From the NCBI GenBank assembly GCA_001796935.1, contig MGNX01000103.1, positions 1,420 through 39,792 on the forward strand: 38,373 nt of DNA. Reading direction: 5' to 3'. Position 1 is the stretch's first letter. The number at the start of each line of letters is the position of its first letter. Shown piece by piece: positions 11,675 through 20,825 of the stretch. A program made the translations under genes and the position numbers. This DNA is from Chloroflexi bacterium RBG_16_60_22. GTDB taxonomy: Bacteria; Chloroflexota; Dehalococcoidia; Dehalococcoidales; RBG-16-60-22. Below the pieces are notes generated by a model, which was given only the letters and a program-made list of their open reading frames with translations, was not told the DNA's origin and did not search any database.

Positions 11675-14600
11675 CTCTTTCGTCTACCTCTTTCCACTGC
11701 GGTTCTTCAAATTCCTTTACTTCCGTCTCCAGCTTGTACTCTTCCTCCAAGGTCTCTTCCGCCGAGGCAATCCGGGTCTCTTCCTCGTTGATTACCTCGA
11801 GGGCGAGGCCCAAACTCTGCAGCTCTTTGACGAGCACCTTGAAGGACTCCGGCACGCCGGGCTGAAGGATATCGTCACCTTTGATGATGGACTCGTAGGC
11901 CTTGGCGCGGCCGGTGACGTCGTCCGATTTTATGGTAAGCATCTCCTGGAGGTTGTGGGCGGCGCCGTAGGCTTCCAGCGCCCAGACCTCCATCTCGCCG
12001 AAGCGTTGCCCGCCGAACTGCGCCTTACCGCCCAGCGGCTGCTGGGTAATCAGGGAGTACGGCCCGGTGGAGCGGGCGTGGACCTTGTCTTCAACGAGGT
12101 GTATCAGCTTCATCATGTAGATGTTGCCCACGGTCACGGGCTGGTCGAAGGGTTCCCCGGTGCGCCCGTCGTGGAGGATGACCTTGCCGTAGGTGGGCGG
12201 GGAGAACCTTCCCTCCGCATTGACCCTTTCCACCACCTTTTCCAGGTCTTCCGGGGAAAGGTCACGGGCGGAGATATTGAGGTCTTCCAGCCAGAGGCGC
12301 AGGCCGATATCACGGGCCCGGCCGGGCTGAGACTCGTCGAAAACGGCCTCGCCGTCATAGCCGTGGCTGTTGACCCAGGCTTTGGCGGTATCCAGGTTGG
12401 GGTGGCTGTTTTTCTTATCGGGATTGGGGTCGACGGAGCCGGATTTCAGGGCAATCCAGGCGCGGCACAGGGCATCCTCGATGGACGTGTCCGTGGCGCC
12501 GTCAAAGACCGGCGTCAGCGCCCGGAAACCCAGCACCTGGCCGGCCCAGCCGAGGTGGGTCTCCAGCACCTGGCCGATATTCATGCGCGAGGGTACGCCG
12601 ATGGGGTCAAGGATGATGTCTACCGGCGTGCCGTCCGGCAGGAAAGGCATGTCTTCCTTGGGGGCGATGATGCTGATGACGCCCTTGTTGCCGTGCCTCC
12701 CGGCCAGCTTATCCCCGACCGAGACGCGGCGTTTCTGGGCAATCCAGACCTGCACCCACTGGTTGACCCCGGCGGGGAGGTCGTCGCCGCCGTTCTTGCT
12801 GTCCTTGCGGGTATAGACCTTGACGTTGATGACCTTGCCCCACTCGCCGTGGGGTACCCTCAGGGAGGTGTCCTTTACTTCCCGGGCCTTTTCCCCGAAG
12901 ATGGCCCGCAGCAGCTTCTCCTCGGCGGAGAGCTCGGTTTCGCCCTTGGGGGTGATTTTACCTACCAGGGTATCGTCCGGCCTGACCTCGGCGCCGATGC
13001 GGATGATGCCCTCTTCGTCGAGTTCGCGCAGGCTTTCCTCACCGACGTTGGGGATATCGCGGGTAATTTCCTCCGGGCCGAGCTTGGTATCGCGGGACTC
13101 CACCTCGTGCTTGTTGATGTGGATGGAGGTGAACATATCTTCCTCGACCATGCGGCTGCTGAGGATAATGGCGTCCTCGAAGTTATAGCCTTCCCAGCTC
13201 ATGAAAGCCACCGTGACGTTCTGTCCCAGCGCCAGCTCGCCGTTCTCCGTGGCGGAGCTGTCCGCCAATACCTGGCCGGCCTCGATGCGGTCGCCTTTGC
13301 TGACCAGGGGACGCTGGTTGATGCAGGTGCCCTGGTTGGTGCGGACGAACTTCATCAGCTCGTAGTCATCGTTGACGCCGTCGTCCCGGGTGATGGCGAT
13401 GCGGTAGCGTGTATTCCCCTTTTCATCGATGATGCCGGACAATTCGGTGACCACGCCGGCGTTCTTGGCGAAGACTACCTGCCGGCTGTGCTTGGCGGCT
13501 TCCATTTCCATGCCGGTGGCCACCAGCGGCGCCTCGGGGCGGAGCAGGGGTACCGCCTGGCGCTGCATGTTGGCGCCCATGAGGGCGCGGTTGGCATCGT
13601 TGTGCTCCAGGAAGGGCGTCAGGGCGGTGGCGACACTGACTACCTGCTTGGGGGAGACGTCCATAAGCTCGATTTTATCCTGCGTTTCCAGGAGGTAACC
13701 GTCACCCAGCCGGGCCTCAATCCGCTTCTCCTTGAACTGGTTGTTCTCGTCAAGGGGGGCGTTGGCCTGGGCGATGACGTACTTGTCCTCCTCGTCGGCC
13801 GGGAGGTAGATGATTTTATCCGAGACGAAGGGTACCACCTTCACCTTGCGGCCCTTGAGCTTGGCCAGTTTTCCGGCAATCTGGGGGGTAACGACCGTTT
13901 CGGCTTTGACGATGACGGTGTCTTTTTCACCGTGAACGTCCTGGGTTACCATCCTGCCGAGGAGCTTTTCATCCTTGCTGCTCAACTCGTGGATGACCTT
14001 GCGGTAGGGCGTTTCGATGAAGCCGTACTCGTTGATGATGCTGTAGGTGGCCAGTGACCCGATGAGGCCGATATTGGGTCCTTCCGGCGTCTCGATGGGG
14101 CAGATACGCCCGTAGTGGGAGAAGTGGACGTCACGCACCTCGAAGCCAGCCCTTTCCCGGGAGAGGCCGCCGGGGCCCATCGCCGAGAGGCGGCGCTTGT
14201 GGGTCAGCTCCGCCAGCGGGTTGGTCTGGTCCATGAACTGCGAGAGCTGCGAGCCGCCGAAGAACTCCCTCACCGCGGCGACGATGGGGCGGATATTGAC
14301 CAGGGCGCTGGGGGTGACCGCCTCGGTGCCGATGATACTCATGCGTTCCCGGACGACCTGCTCGAGGCGCAGGAAGCCGATGCGGAACTGGGTCTGGACC
14401 AGCTCGCCGACGGTGCGGACGCGCCGGTTGCCGAGGTGGTCGATATCGTCGCCGGTGTCCTGGCCGTTATCAATCATGATGATATGGCGGATAATCTCGA
14501 TGATGTCTTCCCGGGTCAGCGTCCGCTCCTTGAGGCTGACCTCGAGGCCGAGGCGCTTGTTCAGCTTGTAGCGGCCGACACTGCCCAGGTCGTAACGCGC

Positions 14601-15428
14601 CGAATCGAAGAACAGGTTCTTTATCAGCTTGCGGGCGTTGTCCAGCGAGGGCATCTCGCCGGGATGCAGCTTTTTGTAGATATCCAGCAGGGCCTCTTTC
14701 TCATCGGTGATGGCCGGCTCTCGCTCCATGGTCGTCCTGATGAAATGATAGTCGGAGGCGTCATCCTCTTTCTTGAACAGCTTGAGCAGCTCCTCGTCGC
14801 TGCCGTAGCCGATGGCGCGGAGCAGCGTGGTGATGGGAATCTTGCGCTTGCCGTCTATCTTGGCGGATATCACGTTCCGGTTGCTCGTCTCGAACTCCAG
14901 CCAGGCCCCTCGTGTGGGGATGAGCTTGGCATGGCACAGATAGCGGCCGGTGACCGGGTCTTCCTCGGCGGTGAAGTAGACGCCCGGCGACCGCAGCAGC
15001 TGGCTGACGACGACCCTTTCCGCGCCGCTGGTGATGAAGGTGCCCTTGGCGGTCATCAGCGGAATATCGCCGAAGAAGAGGTCCTGCTCCTTGATTTCCC
15101 CCGTTTCCTTGACCAGCAGGCGGACCTTGACGTAGAGGGGGGAGGAGTAGGTCTGGTCCCTCTCGTGGCACTCCTGCTCGGAATGGCCGGGACGGGGCTC
15201 CCGGAACTCGTAGGCGATAAAGCTGAGCTCCAGCCGGTTGCCGGTGAGGTCCTTGATGGGGGATACCTCTCCCAGCAGGGCTTTAAGGCCGTCTTCCTGG
15301 AACCTCTGGAAGGAATCAAGCTGCACTTTAATCAGGTTGGGCACATCCAGGACATGGGGCAGCTTGGCGTAAGACTTTCTGGTAACGGTCATCCTGGAAT
15401 CAGGCGCGGGCGTGGGCGATGTAAACAC
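11667..15428 (-). CDS. rpoB: DNA-directed RNA polymerase subunit beta
   Basis: 1253-aa ORF. GTG start at 15428 with AAGGAG 8 nt upstream. Conserved blocks include [43 protein letters not shown] and [13 protein letters not shown]. Confidence 0.98.
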
Positions 15429-15584
15429 TATCTCTACTCCTTAGACGAATACAGCAATACTCGTGCGTTTAGCGCTAGCTTTCAGAACGATGGCGTGCGT
15501 GCGCGACATATGCAGCCATACAGCGGATATATATAATTGGGAGGGTAGAAACAAAAAACACTTGGGGCATTATTACAAATATAA

Positions 15585-15614
15585 ATCATACTACATTCAT
15601 TACAGGGCTGTCAA
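15585..15614 (-). promoter_or_regulatory. Strong sigma-70-type promoter candidate for rpoBC (TTGACA-18 nt-TATGAT)
   Basis: On the minus strand, TTGACA (complement of 15609-15614) and TATGAT (complement of 15585-15590) with an 18-nt spacer. An A/T-rich UP-like tract lies just upstream. Implies a ~150-nt leader before rpoB. Confidence 0.55.
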
Positions 15615-15703
15615 GTACGGCGCCACGAAATATTTACTAAAAATCCGGCGAGATGTTAACGCTATTAAAACCGGGCGTTGAGATTATCATCGGGGCGGTA
15701 GCC

Positions 15704-15712
15704 TGCTATAAT
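15704..15712 (+). promoter_or_regulatory. Extended -10 promoter candidate (TGcTATAAT) for nfeD
   Basis: TGCTATAAT at 15704-15712, 14 nt upstream of the nfeD ATG region. No good -35 at proper spacing. Confidence 0.35.
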
Positions 15713-15725
15713 ATGTTGGAGCGTT

Positions 15726-16136
15726 ATGGACAGGAAGATGACCCTGGCCAGGCTGGTACTGGCCGTTGTCAGCACGATACTGGAGGAGGGCGCCATCTAC
15801 GTCATCTGGCGCTGGCTGCTGCCCGAGTTCGATATCAGGCTGCCGGTCGCGGCGCTCATCACCGCCATGGCGGTGTGGGCGGCCTTCGGGACCTGGCTTT
15901 TTATCTTCACCACCCGCACCCTGAGGCGGCAGATACCGGTCGGCCTGCCGTCCATGGTGGGCACCCGCGGCAGGGTCGCCAGCCGGCTGGCCCCGGAGGG
16001 CATGGTGCGGATAAAGGGCGAGCTGTGGGGAGCGACCTCCAACGCCGACAATATCGATAAAGGGGAGGATATCGTGGTGGTGGGGGAGGACGGACTCAAG
16101 CTGCTGGTACGCCGGGACGGCGACGTTAAACGTTGA
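15726..16136 (+). CDS. NfeD family membrane protein
   Basis: 136-aa ORF with two or three hydrophobic helices, then an OB-like C-terminus GMVRIKGELWGATS...GEDIVVVGEDGLKLLVRR typical of NfeD. Confidence 0.8.
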   Translation: MDRKMTLARLVLAVVSTILEEGAIYVIWRWLLPEFDIRLPVAALITAMAVWAAFGTWLFIFTTRTLRRQIPVGLPSMVGTRGRVASRLAPEGMVRIKGELWGATSNADNIDKGEDIVVVGEDGLKLLVRRDGDVKR

Positions 16137-17232
16137 AGAGGAAGGTGATGACATCACCGTCCCGGACGATGTAATCCTTGCCTTCAAGTCGTAGCAAGCC
16201 CTGTTTACGCGCCTCGGCGATGCCGCCACATTTGACGAGGTCGTCAAAGCCGATACCCTCGGCGCGGATGAACCCCCTCTCCATGTCCGTGTGAATCTTC
16301 CCGGCGGCTTTGAGGGCGGTGGTTCCTCTTTTCACGGACCAGGCCCTGACCTCGCCGGAGGCGATGGTGAAGAAGGAAATGAGGTCGGAAAGCTCGTAAG
16401 ACATCTTGACGGTGCGCTCCAGCCCGGACACCGCCAGGCCGTAATCGGCGCGGAACTCCGCGGCGGCGGTCTCGTCCAGCCGGGCCAGCTCCATTTCCAG
16501 CTTGCCGCAAAGGGTGATGGCGCGGCAACCGGCGCCGGAGAACTCCTTATTCAGTTCCGTTTCCAGCGCCGTCGCCCCGGCCAGCCTCTCCTCACCGATG
16601 TTCACCACGATGAGGAGAGGCTTGGCGGTGAGGAACTGGTAGTTGGTGACGATTCTGGCCGGCCCCGGCTCCAGGGAAAGCTGCCGGATGGGCTGGTCAC
16701 TCTCGAGGTCGGTCTTGAGCCGGAGCAGGATATCTTTCTCCTGAAGGAGGGCCTGGCGCTCCGGGGGTCTGGCGCCCTTCAGGGAGTTCTCCAGCCGCTC
16801 CAGCCTTCTTTCCATGATGGCGAGGTCGGAGAAGACAAGCTCCAGGTTGAGGGTGCCGATATCCCTCCGGGCGTCCAGGCTGCCTTCGGGGTGCGGAATG
16901 GTATCATCAACGAAGGCACGCACGACGCAGATGAGGGTGTCCACGGTGCTGAGCTGGTTGAGCAGCTCGCCGCCGATGCCTTTATCCCGGGCCAGGCTCT
17001 TCACCGAAGCCCCGACGTCGATATACCTGGCCTCGGCGGGGACGACCTTCCTGGGGTGGAGCATCGCGTCGAGGACCTTCAAGCGGGGTTCGGGGACATG
17101 GGCGGTGCCGACGTGCGGCGAGAGGCCGTCCGCGGCATGGGCGGTGGTGTCCGCTTTGCCCCCGGTCAGGGCGTTGAAGACGGTCGTCTTGCCGCTCTGG
17201 GGCAGGCCGATAATCCCGATGTTAATACTCAT
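16126..17232 (-). CDS. ychF: Redox-regulated ATPase YchF
   Basis: 368-aa ORF. MSINIGIIGLPQSGKTTVFNALTG (P-loop), ...TGR/TGS-like C-terminus FIRAE...GKDYIVRDGDVITFLFNV. Confidence 0.93.
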   Translation of the reverse strand: MSINIGIIGLPQSGKTTVFNALTGGKADTTAHAADGLSPHVGTAHVPEPRLKVLDAMLHPRKVVPAEARYIDVGASVKSLARDKGIGGELLNQLSTVDTLICVVRAFVDDTIPHPEGSLDARRDIGTLNLELVFSDLAIMERRLERLENSLKGARPPERQALLQEKDILLRLKTDLESDQPIRQLSLEPGPARIVTNYQFLTAKPLLIVVNIGEERLAGATALETELNKEFSGAGCRAITLCGKLEMELARLDETAAAEFRADYGLAVSGLERTVKMSYELSDLISFFTIASGEVRAWSVKRGTTALKAAGKIHTDMERGFIRAEGIGFDDLVKCGGIAEARKQGLLRLEGKDYIVRDGDVITFLFNV

Positions 17233-17264
17233 CAGCGCGGAGTCCCGGGGCTGTCAGCGGGTGG

Positions 17265-17504
17265 TCAGCGGCCCTTTTTGACGATATCCCGGGCTTTCTT
17301 GAGGGCCAGGTCCCGCTCCTCGACGTTCAGGCGGTCGTTGGCGGCCAGGTTGAGCAGTACCAGCAGGGACTCGTGTGAGGCCATCTCGCCGAGCTGGTTG
17401 ACGGCCTGGTTTCTCATCTTGGTGGAAAGCTGCATATCCGTGGCGATGCTCGCCAGCTTCTTCAGTTCATCAACCCGGTTGACTTCTTCAGGGTTTTCCG
17501 ACAT
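17265..17504 (-). CDS. Small hypothetical protein, HEAT-repeat-like
   Basis: 79-aa ORF. ATG preceded by GAGGTG. Helical repeat-like sequence (RNQAVNQLGEMASHESLLVLLNLAANDRL). 32 nt upstream of, and co-oriented with, ychF. Confidence 0.55.
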   Translation of the reverse strand: MSENPEEVNRVDELKKLASIATDMQLSTKMRNQAVNQLGEMASHESLLVLLNLAANDRLNVEERDLALKKARDIVKKGR

Positions 17505-17654
17505 CGTAGCTCACCTCTCGACTTCAGCGGTTGGGCTGCCCGGTGTTTGGTGTTCTCAGAGCGATTATTCCCTAACGGCGGGGTTTTGTCAACCTTAACC
17601 ACCGGCCGCGGGTATGGTAAAATAGGTAAACCCTTGACCACGGGAGGACCGGGC

Positions 17655-18659
17655 TTGCTGCACGTGCTCATCGGCGAGGACGACTATTCCATCCGCCAGG
17701 CGCTCGAGGAGATAAAGAAAGGTATCGGTGATGCCACCGCCCTGATGACCAACACGACGGTCATCGACGGGCGGCAGGCGACGCCGGAGCAGCTGCGGGC
17801 GGCCGCCGGGACGGTGCCCTTTCTGGCGGAGAAAAGACTGGTCATCGTCGAGGGGCTGCTGGAGCGCTTCGAGCCCTCCAACCGGACCGGCCGGAAGAAA
17901 GCGACACGCCAGTCGGAGAACCCGGAAGCCTGCCGGGCCATCGCGGAAAGCGCCGCCCGGATGCCGGACTTCGCGGAGGTGGTGGTGCTCGGCGGCAGGG
18001 TCGGCGGTACCAACCCGATGCTGCGCGCGTTGTCAGCCTTAACGAAAGTGAAAGTGTTCCCTTTGCTCAAGGACGATTCTTTGCGCCGCTGGATTGGGCA
18101 GCGGGTGAGCGGGGCGGGCGGCGCCATCGCGCCAGGGGCGGTGGACCTGCTGGTCACGTTCGTGGGCCGTGACCTGTGGACCATGGCCAGCGAGGTGGAC
18201 AAGCTTCTAAATTTCGCCGGGGAGCGCCGCATCGAGGCGGAGGATGTCCGGGAGGCGGTCAGCGGGGCCCGGGAAGCCAACGTTTTTGCCATGATTGACG
18301 CCATTATGGAGTCGAGGGTGGGGCGGGCCGAGGAGCTTTTTCAGCAGCTCCTCAGGGAGGGAGCGGCACCGTCCCAGCTCCTGGCCATGCTGGCAAGGCA
18401 GGTCAGGCTGATATTCCAGGTCAAGGAGCTGCGGGGCCAGCGCGTGCCCCGCAACGAAATTCAGTCGAGGCTGGGACTGAAGTCTGACTTCGTGGTAGGG
18501 AAGGCCTGGGGGCAGGGTGACCGGTATACGACGTCGCGACTGCGCGAGGTGTACCACCGCCTCCTGGAGACCGACCTGTCCATCAAGACCGGCAAGTACG
18601 AGGGCGAGCTGGCCCTGAACATCCTTATCGCCGAGCTCGGCCAGCGCGCTTCCGCTTGA
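17655..18659 (+). CDS. holA: DNA polymerase III subunit delta
   Basis: In-frame TTG at 17655 preceded by GGGAGG at 17642-17647. Product begins (M)LHVLIGEDDYSIRQALEEIK, matching typical HolA N-termini. The 36 extra residues from the track start at 17547 look non-coding. Confidence 0.85.
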   Translation: MLHVLIGEDDYSIRQALEEIKKGIGDATALMTNTTVIDGRQATPEQLRAAAGTVPFLAEKRLVIVEGLLERFEPSNRTGRKKATRQSENPEACRAIAESAARMPDFAEVVVLGGRVGGTNPMLRALSALTKVKVFPLLKDDSLRRWIGQRVSGAGGAIAPGAVDLLVTFVGRDLWTMASEVDKLLNFAGERRIEAEDVREAVSGAREANVFAMIDAIMESRVGRAEELFQQLLREGAAPSQLLAMLARQVRLIFQVKELRGQRVPRNEIQSRLGLKSDFVVGKAWGQGDRYTTSRLREVYHRLLETDLSIKTGKYEGELALNILIAELGQRASA

Positions 18660-18692
18660 CAAATCCGGGAAACAGGCTAAAGTGGAGGTGAC

Positions 18693-19682
18693 ATGACGGG
18701 ACAGCGGGAAGCGCCGGTCCTGGCCGTGGACATCGGCGGCACCAAGATAATGACCGCGATTGTCCCGGCCGACGGCCGGGTGCTGGCTAAAGACGTCTCT
18801 CCGACTTTGGCTGGTGAAGGGGTACCGTCGGTGGTCGACCGACTCTGCCGGGCCGCTGAAAAGCTCGTCAAGTCCAACAACCTGAAGTTTACGCAGCTGG
18901 CCGGCATCGGTATCGCCTGCGCCGGCGCCATCAATACGGGGCGGGGGATGGTTACCGTCTCCCCGAACCTGCCGGGCTGGGTGGATATCCCGCTGGCGCA
19001 GATGGTAAGGGAGAGGCTGAAAGTCGACACCTTCCTGGTCAACGATGCCAGCGCCGCCGCCCTGGGGGAACACCGGTACGGGGCTGGCAAGGGGGTCAAA
19101 CACCTGGTGCTGCTCACGCTGGGCACCGGCATCGGCGGCGGCATCATCGCCGACGGCAGGCTCTACCTGGGGGCCAGCGGCGCCGCCGGCGAAATCGGGC
19201 ACATGACCATCGATGTCAACGGCCCGGAGTGCCCCGGCGGCCACACCGGCTGCCTGGAGGTGCTGGCCTCCGGCACGGCGATAGTCCGGGAAGCCGTGCG
19301 GCGTTTAAAAAATGGAGAAGAGTCTTCCCTCACGGAAATGGTCGGGGGGAAGGCGGGGGGCATCACGGCGGAAACGGTGGAAAAAGCCGCCAGGAATGGC
19401 GACGGCCTGGCGCGGGAAGTGCTGGCGCGGGCCGCCTACTACCTGGGCGTGGGCCTGGCCAACGTGGTCAATATCTTCAACCCGGAGATGGTTATCCTCG
19501 GCGGGGGCATGGCCGGGATGGATGACCTTCTCATCGACCCGGCCCGGCGCCTGGTGGCCGAGCGGGCGTTTCCCGTATCGGCGGGGGCGGTGAAAATTGC
19601 CACGGCGCGGCTGGGCAACGAGGCCGGGGTCTACGGCGCGGCGGCCTTCGTGCGGGAGGCCGGGAAAGGGAGGAAACCATGA
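18693..19682 (+). CDS. ROK family glucokinase
   Basis: 329-aa ORF. LAVDIGGTKI, ...GEIGHMTIDVNGPECPGGHTGCLE (ROK zinc motif CxxGxxGC). GGAGGTG RBS. Confidence 0.88.
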   Translation: MTGQREAPVLAVDIGGTKIMTAIVPADGRVLAKDVSPTLAGEGVPSVVDRLCRAAEKLVKSNNLKFTQLAGIGIACAGAINTGRGMVTVSPNLPGWVDIPLAQMVRERLKVDTFLVNDASAAALGEHRYGAGKGVKHLVLLTLGTGIGGGIIADGRLYLGASGAAGEIGHMTIDVNGPECPGGHTGCLEVLASGTAIVREAVRRLKNGEESSLTEMVGGKAGGITAETVEKAARNGDGLAREVLARAAYYLGVGLANVVNIFNPEMVILGGGMAGMDDLLIDPARRLVAERAFPVSAGAVKIATARLGNEAGVYGAAAFVREAGKGRKP

Positions 19683-20539
19683 AGCTCCGTAAAGCGGTGA
19701 TAATCGCGGCGGGGCGGGGCACCCGTTTCCTGCCGGTAACACGGTCGCAGCCCAAGGAGATGCTGCCGCTGGTGGACCGGCCGGTGCTCCAGTACGCGGT
19801 GGACGAGGCGCTCGATTCCGGCATCGACCAGGTCGTCATGGTGACCGCCCGGGGGAAGCCGGGCATCGAGGACTACTTCGACCGCTCCTTCGAGCTGGAG
19901 GTATTCCTCAAGCAGAAGGGGGATACCGAACGACTCCGGCAGGCGCAGGAGCTCTCCCGGAAGGTAAACGTCTGCTACGTCCGGCAGAAGGAGCAGCTGG
20001 GACTGGGACACGCCATCGCCACGGCCCGGGACGTGGTCGGGGAGGAGCCCTTCGCGGTGATACTCCCCGACGACATTATCGACAGCGAAGTGCCGACCAT
20101 GCGGCGGATGGCGGAAATCTATGAAAAATATAAGGTCGGCGTGGTGGCGGTGGAGAGGGTCGGCGACGAGGATACCCGGAAGTACGGCATCATCGAGCCC
20201 AAAGAGGTGGCGGATGGAGTTTACGAGGTGCTCGGCCTGGTGGAAAAGCCGGAGTCGGCGCAGGCACCGTCCCGACTGGGCATCGTGGGGCGGTATATCT
20301 TCACGCCGGAGATATTCGACGCCATCGATGATACCCCGCCGGGCCAGGGCGGGGAGATACAGATAACCGACGCCATGCAGCGGCTGCTCGGCAAGCAAAA
20401 GCTCTACGCCTACGAGCTGGAGGGGGTGCGGCATGACACCGGCACGCCGCTGGGCTGGCTCAAGGCCAACATCGCTTATGCCCTGAAGCGTGAGGACATC
20501 GGGCCGGAGCTGCGGGACTACCTCAAAAAGCTGAAATAG
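19679..20539 (+). CDS. galU: UTP--glucose-1-phosphate uridylyltransferase
   Basis: 286-aa ORF. KAVIIAAGRGTRFLPVTRSQPKEMLPLVDRPVLQY. ATGA overlap with the preceding kinase gene. Confidence 0.92.
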   Translation: MKLRKAVIIAAGRGTRFLPVTRSQPKEMLPLVDRPVLQYAVDEALDSGIDQVVMVTARGKPGIEDYFDRSFELEVFLKQKGDTERLRQAQELSRKVNVCYVRQKEQLGLGHAIATARDVVGEEPFAVILPDDIIDSEVPTMRRMAEIYEKYKVGVVAVERVGDEDTRKYGIIEPKEVADGVYEVLGLVEKPESAQAPSRLGIVGRYIFTPEIFDAIDDTPPGQGGEIQITDAMQRLLGKQKLYAYELEGVRHDTGTPLGWLKANIAYALKREDIGPELRDYLKKLK

Positions 20540-20548
20540 CGCTGGATA

Positions 20549-20579
20549 TGTCATTGCGAGCCGCAGGCGAAGTAATCTC
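20549..20579 (+). repeat. Short intergenic repeat, family A (TGTCATTGCGAG...GCGAAGTAATCTC)
   Basis: Inverted partner at 20703-20737. The two share the termini TGTCATTGCGAG and (C/T)AATCTC. Confidence 0.7.
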
Positions 20580-20594
20580 TCCTCCAATCTGCCC

Positions 20595-20625
20595 GTCATT
20601 CTCCGGCTTGACCGGAGAATCCAGC
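20595..20625 (+). repeat. Short palindromic repeat, family B (GTC-ATTCTCCGG-cttga-CCGGAGAAT-CCAGC)
   Basis: Perfect 9-bp stem (20598-20606 / 20612-20620) with a 5-nt loop. Flanks GTC...CCAGC are shared with the inverted copy at 20641-20668. Confidence 0.75.
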
Positions 20626-20640
20626 CGGCCATACACTTCT

Positions 20641-20668
20641 GCTGGATTCCCGCCTTCGCGGGAATGAC
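20641..20668 (-). repeat. Short palindromic repeat, family B, inverted copy (GCTGG-ATTCCCGC-cttc-GCGGGAAT-GAC)
   Basis: Perfect 8-bp stem (20646-20653 / 20658-20665) with a 4-nt loop. The reverse complement reads GTCATTCCCGCGAAGGCGGGAATCCAGC. Confidence 0.75.
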
Positions 20669-20702
20669 ATCTTGGTTCAGGTGATTTACAGGTTTATTTA
20701 TC

Positions 20703-20737
20703 GAGATTGCTTCGTCGCTGCGCTCCTCGCAATGACA
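20703..20737 (-). repeat. Short intergenic repeat, family A, inverted copy
   Basis: The reverse complement reads TGTCATTGCGAGGAGCGCAGCGACGAAGCAATCTC. It pairs with 20549-20579 as the outer arms of a nested inverted arrangement. Confidence 0.7.
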
Positions 20738-20754
20738 GGTTGATTGCCACTTCG

Positions 20755-20784
20755 TTGACAGCTACGGCCTGTTGCCCCTAAAAT
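20755..20784 (+). promoter_or_regulatory. Sigma-70-type promoter candidate for alaS (TTGACA-18 nt-TAAAAT)
   Basis: TTGACA at 20755-20760 and TAAAAT at 20779-20784 with an 18-nt spacer, ~40 nt upstream of the alaS ATG. Confidence 0.5.
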
Positions 20785-20825
20785 TACAGGTAAGCAACCG
20801 GCAGGTTTTTACCCGGAGCCATTAC

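Noticed and set aside
15463-15681. 72-aa ORF (MRLALAFRTMACVRD...KYKSYYIHYRAVKY...) in the AT-rich island.
   Set aside because: Codon usage and composition are unlike every confident gene in the window. It has no RBS and overlaps the rpoB promoter and leader. It is most likely non-coding.
16291-20632. Long ORFs antisense to ychF, holA, the ROK kinase and galU (16291..17598, 18207..19244, 19631..20632). Similar ones lie opposite the anti-sigma gene (3728..4915), dnaJ (25217..26182), the phosphatase (32053..32916) and polA/mutM (34745..35728, 35927..37372, 37168..38112).
   Set aside because: Same reasoning as above: shadow ORFs with Arg/Gly/Pro-rich composition, each fully overlapped by a well-supported gene on the other strand.
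20540-20825. Possible T-box leader or other riboswitch upstream of alaS.
   Set aside because: I could not find the conserved T-box sequence (AATTAGGGTGGTACCGCG-like) or a specifier or antiterminator layout. The structured parts are explained by the four short palindromic repeats, and a plain TTGACA-18-TAAAAT promoter sits downstream of them.
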